This document shows positions 34,320 to 43,021 of a stretch of DNA of 64,000 nt, piece after piece. Position 1 is the stretch's first letter. Each line of letters opens with the position of its first letter. The position numbers and the translations under genes are program-made. Below the pieces are notes generated by a model. That model did not search any database. It had not been told where the DNA came from and saw nothing but the letters and a program-made list of their open reading frames with translations. Source of the stretch: Actinomycetales bacterium (GTDB lineage: Bacteria > Actinomycetota > Actinomycetes > S36-B12 > UBA5976); assembly GCA_018969715.1 (NCBI GenBank), contig JAGWXT010000007.1, positions 11,044 to 75,043 on the forward strand, written 5' to 3'.

Positions 34320-35983
34320 AGGTGCAGGACGAGGGAGGTGCCGAAGATCGCCACGCCGAGGCTGGTCGCGGCCTGCAACTCGCTTGCGATGAGCGGCTGC
34401 CGACCCACGCTCGCCCACATCAGGATGGTCGCGGTGAAGAGGAGGTTGCCCAGGATCAGCAGCAGGGCGGCATCGCGGCTCAGCAGTCGGGTCCTGCGAT
34501 GAGCGGCGCCACCGTCGGTCAGCATTCCCCAGGCAAGTCCGACGACGAGGACGGCGGTCGCACTGCCCTGCAGCAGCAGGGCGACCGGCAGTGCCAGCGC
34601 ATCGGCCTGGTGGAGCAGGGCAGTGAGGCCGAGTACGACGATCAGCGTCGCAGGGGAGAGTGGGTTGCCGCGATGCCATCGGATCGCCGCCCACGTCAGT
34701 ACTGCGATCAACAGGGCCACTGCGGTGCCCGCGGGCGACCACGACCACCATGGCCATCGTGCGGTGTCAAGGGCAACGGCGGTGGCGATCACCGCGGTGA
34801 TGCCGGCGGCGGCCGCGACATGCCGCCCGGCACCGCCCCGACCACGACTGCCCGCACGCAGTGCGATCCACAGCAGGCCGGCAATGACGGCGATCCGGCC
34901 CAGTGCCGGGCCGGGGCCAGTGAGGAGGAAATCCCGCAGCGGCACCACGATGCGGCCCCCCGGAGTCGCGGTCGCCGCCAGCACCACACCGGCCATGCCG
35001 AGCACGCCGCCGATGATCACTGGCGCGGCCAGCACGTAGCAGGCCGGCAGTCCGATCCGTCCGGTGGCCTCGCGCACTGCAGCGGGGTCGGCCACTGACC
35101 GGGCGCGGGTGAGTGACCACACCAGCGCCACCGCCGCGAGGCTCACCGCACCGCAGGCGACCGCCAGCAACCGGGAGCCTGGCCACGGCTCCCGCAGGTT
35201 CCACCAGAGCATGCCCACGACGCTGGCGGTGCCGATCAGCCAGGTGAGGGCCCGCGATGTCCGCGTGAGCAGCCCGGTCAGCACGCCGATGACCAGCCCG
35301 ACCCCAACGTCCACCGCTGCCAGACCGGAGTTGAGGGCCACCGGGATGGCAAGGGTGGCGAGGAAGGTGAGGACGACGGCGACGGCGACGACGTCCACCC
35401 GAACCCCCGAGGTGGTGGCCCCGGCCCGGAAGGCACGTTCGGCGAGGACCAGGGCGAGCAGGGTCGGGATCAGCACGGCGAGCAGATCCCGCAGGACACT
35501 GCCACGCCAGCGGCGCAGCAGCGCTGCGATCACCACTAGGCCGATGACGGCCGCGTAGCCGCCGAGGGGTGGGCCCGACAGCGGAGCGGTTCCGCCGCCG
35601 GCGGCCAGGATCACCGCAAGCACCAGCGCGGCGAGGATCACCGCCCCACTGGCGATGGCGAGATGCCCTCGCAGTGCGCCGGTGACGACCAGTGCGAGGC
35701 AACACCCGATCAGTGCGAGGGTGATCGGGATCAGTGCCCCGGGAAGGGCGATCGGACCGCTGCCGGCCCCGCTGTCGACACCGGTGAGCGGGCCCAGTGA
35801 TCGCAGGGGGGTGGCGAGGACGACGGCCGCCAGCAGGAGGGCGAACAGCCCCGCGGCTGCGAACGCGACCCCGGCGGCACTGGCGGAATGCCGACGCAGG
35901 TCGAAGGTGCCGGTGCGGACGGGCGCCACCAGCGCCGAGTCCAGCGTCGCCCGGATCCCCCGCTCAGCCGCCACTGGGCGCAA
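34286..35983 (-). CDS. large polytopic membrane protein, unknown function
   Basis: 565 aa with more than 12 hydrophobic segments, strong GC3 bias and no motif I recognise. Confidence 0.6.
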   Translation of the reverse strand: MRPVAAERGIRATLDSALVAPVRTGTFDLRRHSASAAGVAFAAAGLFALLLAAVVLATPLRSLGPLTGVDSGAGSGPIALPGALIPITLALIGCCLALVVTGALRGHLAIASGAVILAALVLAVILAAGGGTAPLSGPPLGGYAAVIGLVVIAALLRRWRGSVLRDLLAVLIPTLLALVLAERAFRAGATTSGVRVDVVAVAVVLTFLATLAIPVALNSGLAAVDVGVGLVIGVLTGLLTRTSRALTWLIGTASVVGMLWWNLREPWPGSRLLAVACGAVSLAAVALVWSLTRARSVADPAAVREATGRIGLPACYVLAAPVIIGGVLGMAGVVLAATATPGGRIVVPLRDFLLTGPGPALGRIAVIAGLLWIALRAGSRGRGGAGRHVAAAAGITAVIATAVALDTARWPWWSWSPAGTAVALLIAVLTWAAIRWHRGNPLSPATLIVVLGLTALLHQADALALPVALLLQGSATAVLVVGLAWGMLTDGGAAHRRTRLLSRDAALLLILGNLLFTATILMWASVGRQPLIASELQAATSLGVAIFGTSLVLHLCASLLSRPPS

Positions 35984-37112
35984 CCCCTGGCCTGGGCGCC
36001 GCGGCCCCCGATGAGGCGGCGAGCGTGACTGTTGCCCCGGTCGCCAGTGGGACGGTCACCCGGCCGCCGGCGATGGTGATGCGGCCGACGGCAACGTCGG
36101 GCTGTCCGGTGGTCCAGCGCAACTGGCCCAGCGCATCGAAGGCGTGGACCGCGCGCTGGGAGGTGCCAACGACGATCAGCCCATCACCGGCGCCCAGTGC
36201 GGTGATCACCCCGCCGGGATGGTGCCACCAGCGCAGCACCGGATCCGGTGCCGCGGTCCACGCGAGCAGATCCCCGGTGGCGCGGTCGGCCCCGACGGTC
36301 AGGCCGGCAAGGGCGGTGACGGCACCGAGTTCAACACCGGGAAGCGGGGCGGATGTGCTGACCCCGCCCGTCGGGGGAGTCGGCAGTGGGCCGGCGGGAA
36401 TGTCGGCCCCCACCGACACCGTCGAGCCGCTGTCGAGGTCCACCGCATTCAGCTGCCCCCGACCGATGCACCATCGGGTGCGCAGCCCGGTGACCAGCGG
36501 TGGGCCACCGGGAACCTCCTGCTCGGTCCGTGTTGTCACCGTGGCGCAGTCACCCTCGGCGCGGTCAACCTCCCCAGTGATGCGGAAAGGACTGATCCCA
36601 TTGGTGAGCCCGCTGCCCGACCAGGTGCGGGTCCGCGCCGGGTTCGCGGGAAGCTGCTCGCGCAGCGGCAGGTAGGCGAGCACACCCCCCTGGGTATCCC
36701 AGCTCAGCGCCTCCCAGACCGCCTGCTCATCGGCCACCGTCAGGGCGAGCCCCGCGCTGACCCCGCCGTCACCGGTGGGGATCACAGTGAAGGATCGCTC
36801 GACGACCGCGGTCTCGGGGTCGATGCCGCTGGCGGCGAGTGCAGTCAGCAGGGTCGTGGCCAGTTCGGGCACCGGAACCCCGTGCACGGCGCCGCCGAGG
36901 GGAACCACCGTGCTGCTCACCGTGGCGATCACGGCACCGGTGTCGTCGACAATGACGCGCGTGCCGGGGGTGGCCAGCCAGCGTGCGGCCGCCGGCGGCT
37001 CGGCGGGTCGTCCTGCTGCAGCTAGCAGGCTTGCCACCGCCATGATGAATGCCGCGGTTGCGAGCACCCCAGCACGTGCGATCCGCCGCCGGCGCGAGTC
37101 GAAGTGCCTCAA
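35964..37112 (-). CDS. membrane-anchored/secreted protein, unknown function
   Basis: 382 aa with an Arg-rich N-terminus plus one TM/signal segment. The C-terminal third has beta-propeller-like Gly/Thr/Val repeats. It overlaps the downstream membrane protein gene by 20 nt. Confidence 0.55.
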   Translation of the reverse strand: MRHFDSRRRRIARAGVLATAAFIMAVASLLAAAGRPAEPPAAARWLATPGTRVIVDDTGAVIATVSSTVVPLGGAVHGVPVPELATTLLTALAASGIDPETAVVERSFTVIPTGDGGVSAGLALTVADEQAVWEALSWDTQGGVLAYLPLREQLPANPARTRTWSGSGLTNGISPFRITGEVDRAEGDCATVTTRTEQEVPGGPPLVTGLRTRWCIGRGQLNAVDLDSGSTVSVGADIPAGPLPTPPTGGVSTSAPLPGVELGAVTALAGLTVGADRATGDLLAWTAAPDPVLRWWHHPGGVITALGAGDGLIVVGTSQRAVHAFDALGQLRWTTGQPDVAVGRITIAGGRVTVPLATGATVTLAASSGAAAPRPGVAPSGG

Positions 37113-37127
37113 GCGGGTCTTAATGGG

Positions 37128-38348
37128 TCACCCACCTGCGGGGCTTAATGGGTCACCCACCTGCTCGGTGGCGTCTCGGCGAAGGCCGGGCAGGGCTGCG
37201 GCCATGCGGGCCAGTGCCTCGTCCAGCACCTCGCGCCGCTTGCACAGCGCCCAGCGAACATATGGGGCACCGTCGCGCTCATCGTGGCAGAGCGCCTGCT
37301 CCGGAATGGCCACCACCCCTCCGGCGTGGGCCAGTGCGTGGCAGAAGCGTCGGCCGTCGGTGAAGCCCAGCGGCCGGACGTCGGTGCTGAGGAAATAGGA
37401 GCCTTCCGACTCGATCACGCCGAAGCCGAGCTCGGACATACCGGTGGTGAAGTGGTCACGCCGCGCCTGCAGGGATCGCCGCTCGGACTCCCAGTGCTCA
37501 TCGGGCAGGGCCAGACCTTCGGCGATCGCCCACTGGAACGGTCCACCGGAGACGAAGGACATGTGCTGGCGCACGGTTCGCACAGCGGCGATGAGGTCTG
37601 CCGGACCGGTCACCCAGCCCACCTTCCACCCGGTCAGGGAGAAGCACTTGCCAGCCGACCCGATGGTGAGGGTGCGATCGGCCATCCCCGGCAGGGTTGC
37701 AAAGGCGGTGTGCGGGTGGCCGTCGAACCAGAGGTGCTCGTACACCTCATCGGAGATGACCAGCGTGTCGGTTCGTTCGGCGATCTCAGCAATCGCCGCC
37801 AGCTCGGCGGGTGTGTAGACGATGCCGGTCGGGTTGTTGGGGCTGTTGACCACCAGCAGCCGCGTCCGCGAGGTCACCGCATCACGGAGGGCGTCGATAT
37901 CCGGTCGCAGAGTGCCCGGCAGCACGCTCACCGGCCGACAGGTGCCATCAGCCAGCGCGATCGCCGCGGTGTAGATGTCGAAGTGGGGATCGAACAGGAC
38001 GACCTCGTCCCCGCGCTCAACCAGCGCCAAGATGACTGCCGGTATCGCCTCGGAGGCGCCGGTGGTGACCACCACCTCCGTCGCTGGGTCAGGCGCCAAG
38101 CCGTACCAGTGGTGCTGGTGGGTGGCGATCGCCTCCCGCAGCTGGGGCACTCCGTGGACAGGCGGGTATTGATTACCGCGCCCCTCCCGGATCGCTCTCA
38201 CCGCTGCCTCGCGCACGGTCGCCGGGCCGTCGGTGTCGGGGAAGCCTTGGCCGAGGTTGATCGCACCGAGTTCAGTGGCGAGCACGCTCATCTCTCCGAA
38301 GATCGTTGCCCGGTGCGGCCGCATCCGCGGGACGAGCCAGTCAGTCAC
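37128..38348 (-). CDS. PLP-dependent class I aminotransferase (DapC/kynurenine-type)
   Basis: 406 aa with LGQGFPD, NQYPP..G, NNPTG and the PLP-Lys segment SAGKCFSLTGWKVGW. Confidence 0.85.
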   Translation of the reverse strand: MTDWLVPRMRPHRATIFGEMSVLATELGAINLGQGFPDTDGPATVREAAVRAIREGRGNQYPPVHGVPQLREAIATHQHHWYGLAPDPATEVVVTTGASEAIPAVILALVERGDEVVLFDPHFDIYTAAIALADGTCRPVSVLPGTLRPDIDALRDAVTSRTRLLVVNSPNNPTGIVYTPAELAAIAEIAERTDTLVISDEVYEHLWFDGHPHTAFATLPGMADRTLTIGSAGKCFSLTGWKVGWVTGPADLIAAVRTVRQHMSFVSGGPFQWAIAEGLALPDEHWESERRSLQARRDHFTTGMSELGFGVIESEGSYFLSTDVRPLGFTDGRRFCHALAHAGGVVAIPEQALCHDERDGAPYVRWALCKRREVLDEALARMAAALPGLRRDATEQVGDPLSPAGG

Positions 38349-38448
38349 CGCGGCACGCTACCGCCTCCCTGGGGCTGGCCGATGCGCCGGACCCGCCTTG
38401 TGTGAGTGCGCGCCGCATCACGCCGCCTGCGCGCTATCGTCCGGCGAC

Positions 38449-39726
38449 ATGCGGGTGGTGCACCAGGGTCGAGCCCTCATCGAGGCTGCGGTCCGCACCG
38501 ACGCCTCTGGTGCGGTGGCACTGCTGCTGACCCTCGCCGTGGTGGTTGTCTTCGGACTGGATGCGTGGCTGCGCGCCCTGTTCTCCTTCGACGTGCGCAC
38601 CTCATTTATCACGAGCCAGTACTACGCCGACTATCGCGACGGGTTCCTGCGACGGGCACTGCCGGGGGAGCTGCTGGGATGGCTGCCGGGGCAACCCACG
38701 GACGGTGGCGTCGGCCTGCTCATCGTTGTGGGGACGGTACTGGCTGTCGCGGCCTTGCTGTGGCTGGCGGTACGGACCGCCCAGTTGGCGCGGGGGTCGC
38801 TCGCCCAGCTGACGGTCCTCATCCTCCTGCTCACCTCCCCGCTGTCCGGGCTGGCACTGCTGCCCCGTGACATGGGTCGGCCCGACGCCTGGGGACTGGC
38901 TGGGATCATCGGCCTCACCGCACTCGTCCTCGCCCTCACGCGCGTCATGCCGGTGCCCCTCCCCCAGCGGCTCGGTGGCACTGCCCTCATCGCCGGCCTT
39001 GTAACGCTGCTCACCGCACTCACGGACTTCCTGCTTCCCTTCTGCGCGGTGATCGTCGCGCTGGCGATGATCCGGCTGTGGCGACCGGTGTCGGGCTCCC
39101 CCGGGCGGCCCCTCACCAGACTCGGACCACTCCTGGCCACGGCGGTGGCGCTACTGCCGGGTGCGCTGCTGGTGATGGTGAGTGTGTTGGCCCCGCCGAC
39201 GATGGCGACGGCATATGCCATCCAAATCCGAGCCGGACGCGAGCCGGGCACCTGGGATGCGACCCTCTTCCTCACCCAGTCGGCCGCCGAGGCGTGGGAC
39301 TACGTGCGGTTCATCGGCTGGGTGGTGCCGGCGACGGTGGCGGTGATGGCGGTACTGCTGGTGCTCACCGGCCTCACGCTCGGGGTGCTCACCGGCAGGG
39401 CCGACACCCTGACCGGGATTGTTCTTGGCTACTGCGCCGTGGCGAGTTTGGTGGTCGCGATCGACGTACGGCGCTATTGGGTGATCGCGCTGACTGTCTT
39501 CGCCGCTTGCCTGCTGCTGCATCCGCGCTCCGCCAACCGGGCACCCGCGGCGAGACCTGCGGGTGCGGCGGGCGCGGTGATCGTCAGTGCCCGCGGCGTG
39601 ATCCTGCGCTCGGTGGTTGGGCTGCTGCTGTGCGCGGCACTGCTCGGCCAGAACCTGCCCTTCCTCATCGCCAGTGACTATGTCACCGCTCTGCGGGTGG
39701 CCCTCACCGGCGGCGCTGTGCCCTGA
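38449..39726 (+). CDS. polytopic membrane protein, unknown function
   Basis: 425 aa from the ATG at 38449 (MRVVHQG). There are about 11 TM segments. The upstream part of the track ORF overlaps the aminotransferase gene on the opposite strand. Confidence 0.55.
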   Translation: MRVVHQGRALIEAAVRTDASGAVALLLTLAVVVVFGLDAWLRALFSFDVRTSFITSQYYADYRDGFLRRALPGELLGWLPGQPTDGGVGLLIVVGTVLAVAALLWLAVRTAQLARGSLAQLTVLILLLTSPLSGLALLPRDMGRPDAWGLAGIIGLTALVLALTRVMPVPLPQRLGGTALIAGLVTLLTALTDFLLPFCAVIVALAMIRLWRPVSGSPGRPLTRLGPLLATAVALLPGALLVMVSVLAPPTMATAYAIQIRAGREPGTWDATLFLTQSAAEAWDYVRFIGWVVPATVAVMAVLLVLTGLTLGVLTGRADTLTGIVLGYCAVASLVVAIDVRRYWVIALTVFAACLLLHPRSANRAPAARPAGAAGAVIVSARGVILRSVVGLLLCAALLGQNLPFLIASDYVTALRVALTGGAVP

Positions 39727-39838
39727 CGTGTCACGGCCGGGGGCGAGCCATGCCGGCGGTGTGCTGTCGGGCCAGTTGGGGTATGGCGCCAGTTGGGGTG
39801 TGGCATCGCGGAGCCCGGATCTCGGATGGTTAAAACTG

Positions 39839-39867
39839 TTGACAATATCTATATGAAGATTTAGATT
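39839..39867 (+). promoter_or_regulatory. canonical sigma-70-type promoter TTGACA-17 nt-TAGATT
   Basis: It lies in a striking AT-rich patch (ggttaaaactgttgacaatatctatatgaagatttagattctg), 85 nt upstream of the sugar-binding-protein gene. Confidence 0.5.
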
Positions 39868-39951
39868 CTGTCCGGCCGGGAGATCACCCGCGCTACGGGC
39901 GCCATCATCGATGAGGTGAGCCCGTTCCTGACAGGGAAGGCAAGGTGACGT

Positions 39952-40956
39952 ATGCGTCAAGGAGCTCGCTCCGCAATCGCCGTTTGTGCGGCGCTCGGGG
40001 CGGTATTCGCACTTGCAAGTTGTTCGGGCCAGTCGGCATCCGAGGAACCGACGGCCACGAGCGAGGAGGCAGCAGCCGAGGCGCCGCTGAAGTTCGCGTG
40101 CATCGTCAAGGATCAGTCGGCGACGTTCTTCGCCGGAATGGTTGCGGGCTGCGAGCAGGCCGCGGCGGAGTTCGGTGTCGAAGTCACCATTCTCAGTGGT
40201 ACCGCGGATCAGGACATCGAGGGCAGCATCGCCAATTTCGAGGATGCGATTACGGGCGGGTACGACGGCATCGCCATCGCCCCCTCCGATTCAGTTGCCC
40301 TGGTTCCAACTCTCGAGAAGGCGGTTGCGGCGGGCATCCCCGTGGTCGCACTTGACACGCCATTCGATGGCCCGGGCACCGTCTCCACGGTCGCGACCGA
40401 CAACGTTGCCGGGGCGATCGCAGCTACCCAGTACCTAGCTGAGGCGCTCGGTGGCAAGGGCAAGGTCGCGATGCTTGCCTGCACGCTGTCGATCGGAACA
40501 TGCAAGCAGTTGGACACGGGCTTCACGGAGGCCATCGCTGCCTACCCGGACATCACCGTTGTTGGCAAGCCACTGACCAACGGCAGTCGCGAAGAGGCGT
40601 TCAATGCGATGCAGGATCTGCTAACCGCTCACCCTGATCTGGCAGGCTTCTTCGCAATCGCCGGCCCCGATGGAATGGGTGGCATTGAGGCCGTTCAGCA
40701 ATCCGGCAAATCAGTGGTGGGCGTCAGCCGCAACTGTGCCCTCGATGAGTTGAACAGCATCAACTCAGGGACCGGCCTGCGGGCATGCATGGCTCAATTC
40801 CCGAAGCAGATGGGGTACGTGGGAATCAAGACCCTGATCGATGCGGCGAAGGGCGTTGCCGTGTCCGAGAACCAGGATTCCGGATTCCTCATCCTCGACA
40901 AGGAGCGCGCTCAGGAGTTCATTGACCTCGGCGAGTTCAACGGAAGCCCCAGCTAG
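39952..40956 (+). CDS. sugar ABC transporter substrate-binding lipoprotein (ribose/fructose-type PBP family)
   Basis: 334 aa with the lipobox LASC, then a type I periplasmic binding fold (KFACIVKDQSATFF, VVALDTP). Confidence 0.8.
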   Translation: MRQGARSAIAVCAALGAVFALASCSGQSASEEPTATSEEAAAEAPLKFACIVKDQSATFFAGMVAGCEQAAAEFGVEVTILSGTADQDIEGSIANFEDAITGGYDGIAIAPSDSVALVPTLEKAVAAGIPVVALDTPFDGPGTVSTVATDNVAGAIAATQYLAEALGGKGKVAMLACTLSIGTCKQLDTGFTEAIAAYPDITVVGKPLTNGSREEAFNAMQDLLTAHPDLAGFFAIAGPDGMGGIEAVQQSGKSVVGVSRNCALDELNSINSGTGLRACMAQFPKQMGYVGIKTLIDAAKGVAVSENQDSGFLILDKERAQEFIDLGEFNGSPS

Positions 40957-40968
40957 CGTGATGTGACA

Positions 40969-41039
40969 ACTGGGGGCTCGTTCTGGTCGCGGGTAGATCC
41001 GCCATCAGGTCTGCCAAACGAATGCCGCGAGCCCCCAGT
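40969..41039 (+). promoter_or_regulatory. intercistronic stem-loop (12-bp perfect inverted repeat ACTGGGGGCTCG / CGAGCCCCCAGT)
   Basis: Read directly. The arms are at 40969-40980 and 41028-41039 and enclose 47 nt that can form an inner hairpin. The element lies between the binding-protein and ATPase genes. Confidence 0.45.
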
Positions 41040-41129
41040 CTGTCTCTGCCGCACACTGGGCCGTTACCCGGTGCTGCTGCCACGACGCCCGGGGAGTCGC
41101 CCACATATGCGAGTGAAGAGGAAGACGAT

Positions 41130-41927
41130 ATGCCAAGGGAAAATGCGCCTCTTGTCGAGGCGTGCGGGATCGGGCGAACATTCAAGGGTGTGACAGCCCT
41201 GGCCGATGTCAGTTTTGTGCTCGACCGTGGAGAGGTCTTGGCGCTGGTCGGGAGCAACGGGGCGGGGAAGTCAACCTTGATCAAGGTGCTCTCGGGCGTC
41301 CACCCTCCCTCCGATGGTGAGCTGCTGATCAATGGCGTACCTGTGCGGTTGCGAGATCCGGCAGAGGCGCGTCAATTGGGCATCGAGACCCTGTATCAGG
41401 ACCTGTCGCTGATCGACACTCTCGACGCTGCCGGCAATATCTTCCTCGGCCGGGAGCCTCGCACGAGGCAGTCACTGAACCGACTGCTCGATACCCGAGC
41501 CATGATCCGGGACGCCCGTGAGCTGCTGACGGCACTCAACCCATCGGTGCCCCTTGATCGCCCCGTCAGTGTCATGTCCGGCGGTCAGCGCCAGGCCGTC
41601 TCTCTGGCACGGGCTGTGCACTTCGGAGCGCAGGTGGTCATCCTCGATGAACCAACGGCGGCACTGGGTGTGGCCGAGACCGCCCTGACGCTGGCCGCGA
41701 TTCGGCAGTTTCGATCTCAGGGGCGCTCCGTCATTCTCGTCAGCCATGACCTAGTTGACGTATTCGCCGTCGCAGATCGCATTCTCGTGCTGCGCGCCGG
41801 ACGGGTCGTCGGCTCACGGCTGACGCACGAGACGACGAGTGAGGAGATCGTGCAGATGATCACGCTGGGAGAAGTCAGTCCATCGCGCGTGGTTGAGGTC
41901 ACCCAGTCCGGCGAGGGCCGGCGATGA
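41130..41927 (+). CDS. sugar ABC transporter ATP-binding protein, single-NBD (FrcA-like)
   Basis: 265 aa from the ATG at 41130, with Walker A GSNGAGKST, signature MSGGQRQ and Walker B VILDEPT. Confidence 0.85.
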   Translation: MPRENAPLVEACGIGRTFKGVTALADVSFVLDRGEVLALVGSNGAGKSTLIKVLSGVHPPSDGELLINGVPVRLRDPAEARQLGIETLYQDLSLIDTLDAAGNIFLGREPRTRQSLNRLLDTRAMIRDARELLTALNPSVPLDRPVSVMSGGQRQAVSLARAVHFGAQVVILDEPTAALGVAETALTLAAIRQFRSQGRSVILVSHDLVDVFAVADRILVLRAGRVVGSRLTHETTSEEIVQMITLGEVSPSRVVEVTQSGEGRR

Positions 41928-42910
41928 CCCCCGCAGCGGTGGCTGGTGCGATCCAGGAGCGCGGGCTCGCGCGCCGGATGATCGCCAGCCGGCAGGCGCT
42001 ACTGCTCGTGCTGATTCTGCTCTGGTGCTTGGTGATCGCGATCAATGAGCCACGGTTCCTGTCCGTCCAGAACTTCATCAACATCGGCGATCAGGCGGCC
42101 ATTCTCGCCATCCCGGCGGCCGTGATGACCTTGATCATCATCTGTGCCGGTATCGACCTGTCCGTCGGCTCCGTTCTCGCACTTGGTGGCTTCATCACGG
42201 CATCCTCACTGGTTGCGGGGCTCCCTACGCTGGCCGCTGTCCTGTTGGGGATTGCCGCGGGCATCGGGATCGGCTTGCTCAATGGTGCAGGTATCGCCTA
42301 CCTCGGCATCCCGGCGCTGATCATGACGCTTGCAATGCTGTATGCGGTGCGCGGGGGAGTGCTCTTCCTCGCCAAGGGCGAGACGATCGCAAGTGACTTC
42401 CCAGCAGCGTTCCGCTATCTGGGAACCGGTGACCTCCTCGGCATTCCGGTTCCGGTCTTCATCGCGATCGGCGTGTTCCTCGCATGTGGACTCGTCCTCC
42501 GATCGACGCGGTTCGGCCGATATGTCATTGCGATCGGAACGAATGAGGACGTGTCACGGCGGGCGGGCATCAACGTCCGCCGGGTCAAGCTGACCCTTTA
42601 TGCCGCCTCTGGTGCAGCGGCGGCACTGGCGGGCATAGTTCTTGCGTCCAAGTTGAATGCCGCGACGACCAATGCCGGCTACGGCTCCGAGTTGGACGTG
42701 ATCGCGGCGGTTATCATCGGTGGCACGTCGTTGTTCGGTGGTCGTGGCACGTTGGTCGGCACTGCGCTCGGTGTCGTCTTCCTTGCACTCGTGCGCAATG
42801 GCCTGAATCTGCTGGGCGTGTCCCCGTTCCTGCAGATCTTCACCGTTGGCGCCCTGCTATTCGTCAGCGCACTTGCCGACGTTCTCTACTCCCGAGCGGG
42901 GAGGCAGTAG
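41924..42910 (+). CDS. sugar ABC transporter permease (RbsC/FrcC-type)
   Basis: 328 aa with about 9 TM segments and the conserved TNEDVSRRAGINV and GGTSLFGGRG motifs. Confidence 0.85.
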   Translation: MTPAAVAGAIQERGLARRMIASRQALLLVLILLWCLVIAINEPRFLSVQNFINIGDQAAILAIPAAVMTLIIICAGIDLSVGSVLALGGFITASSLVAGLPTLAAVLLGIAAGIGIGLLNGAGIAYLGIPALIMTLAMLYAVRGGVLFLAKGETIASDFPAAFRYLGTGDLLGIPVPVFIAIGVFLACGLVLRSTRFGRYVIAIGTNEDVSRRAGINVRRVKLTLYAASGAAAALAGIVLASKLNAATTNAGYGSELDVIAAVIIGGTSLFGGRGTLVGTALGVVFLALVRNGLNLLGVSPFLQIFTVGALLFVSALADVLYSRAGRQ

Positions 42911-43021
42911 CGCGGCGGTGTTCGCTCGGTTGCGGGGGTGGCCAACCACGGCCGGTGGCCAACCACGCCGGCGGTGCACCGTCGGGCCCGTTGGGGTGCG
43001 GCGTCACGGCACCCGGGGGCG

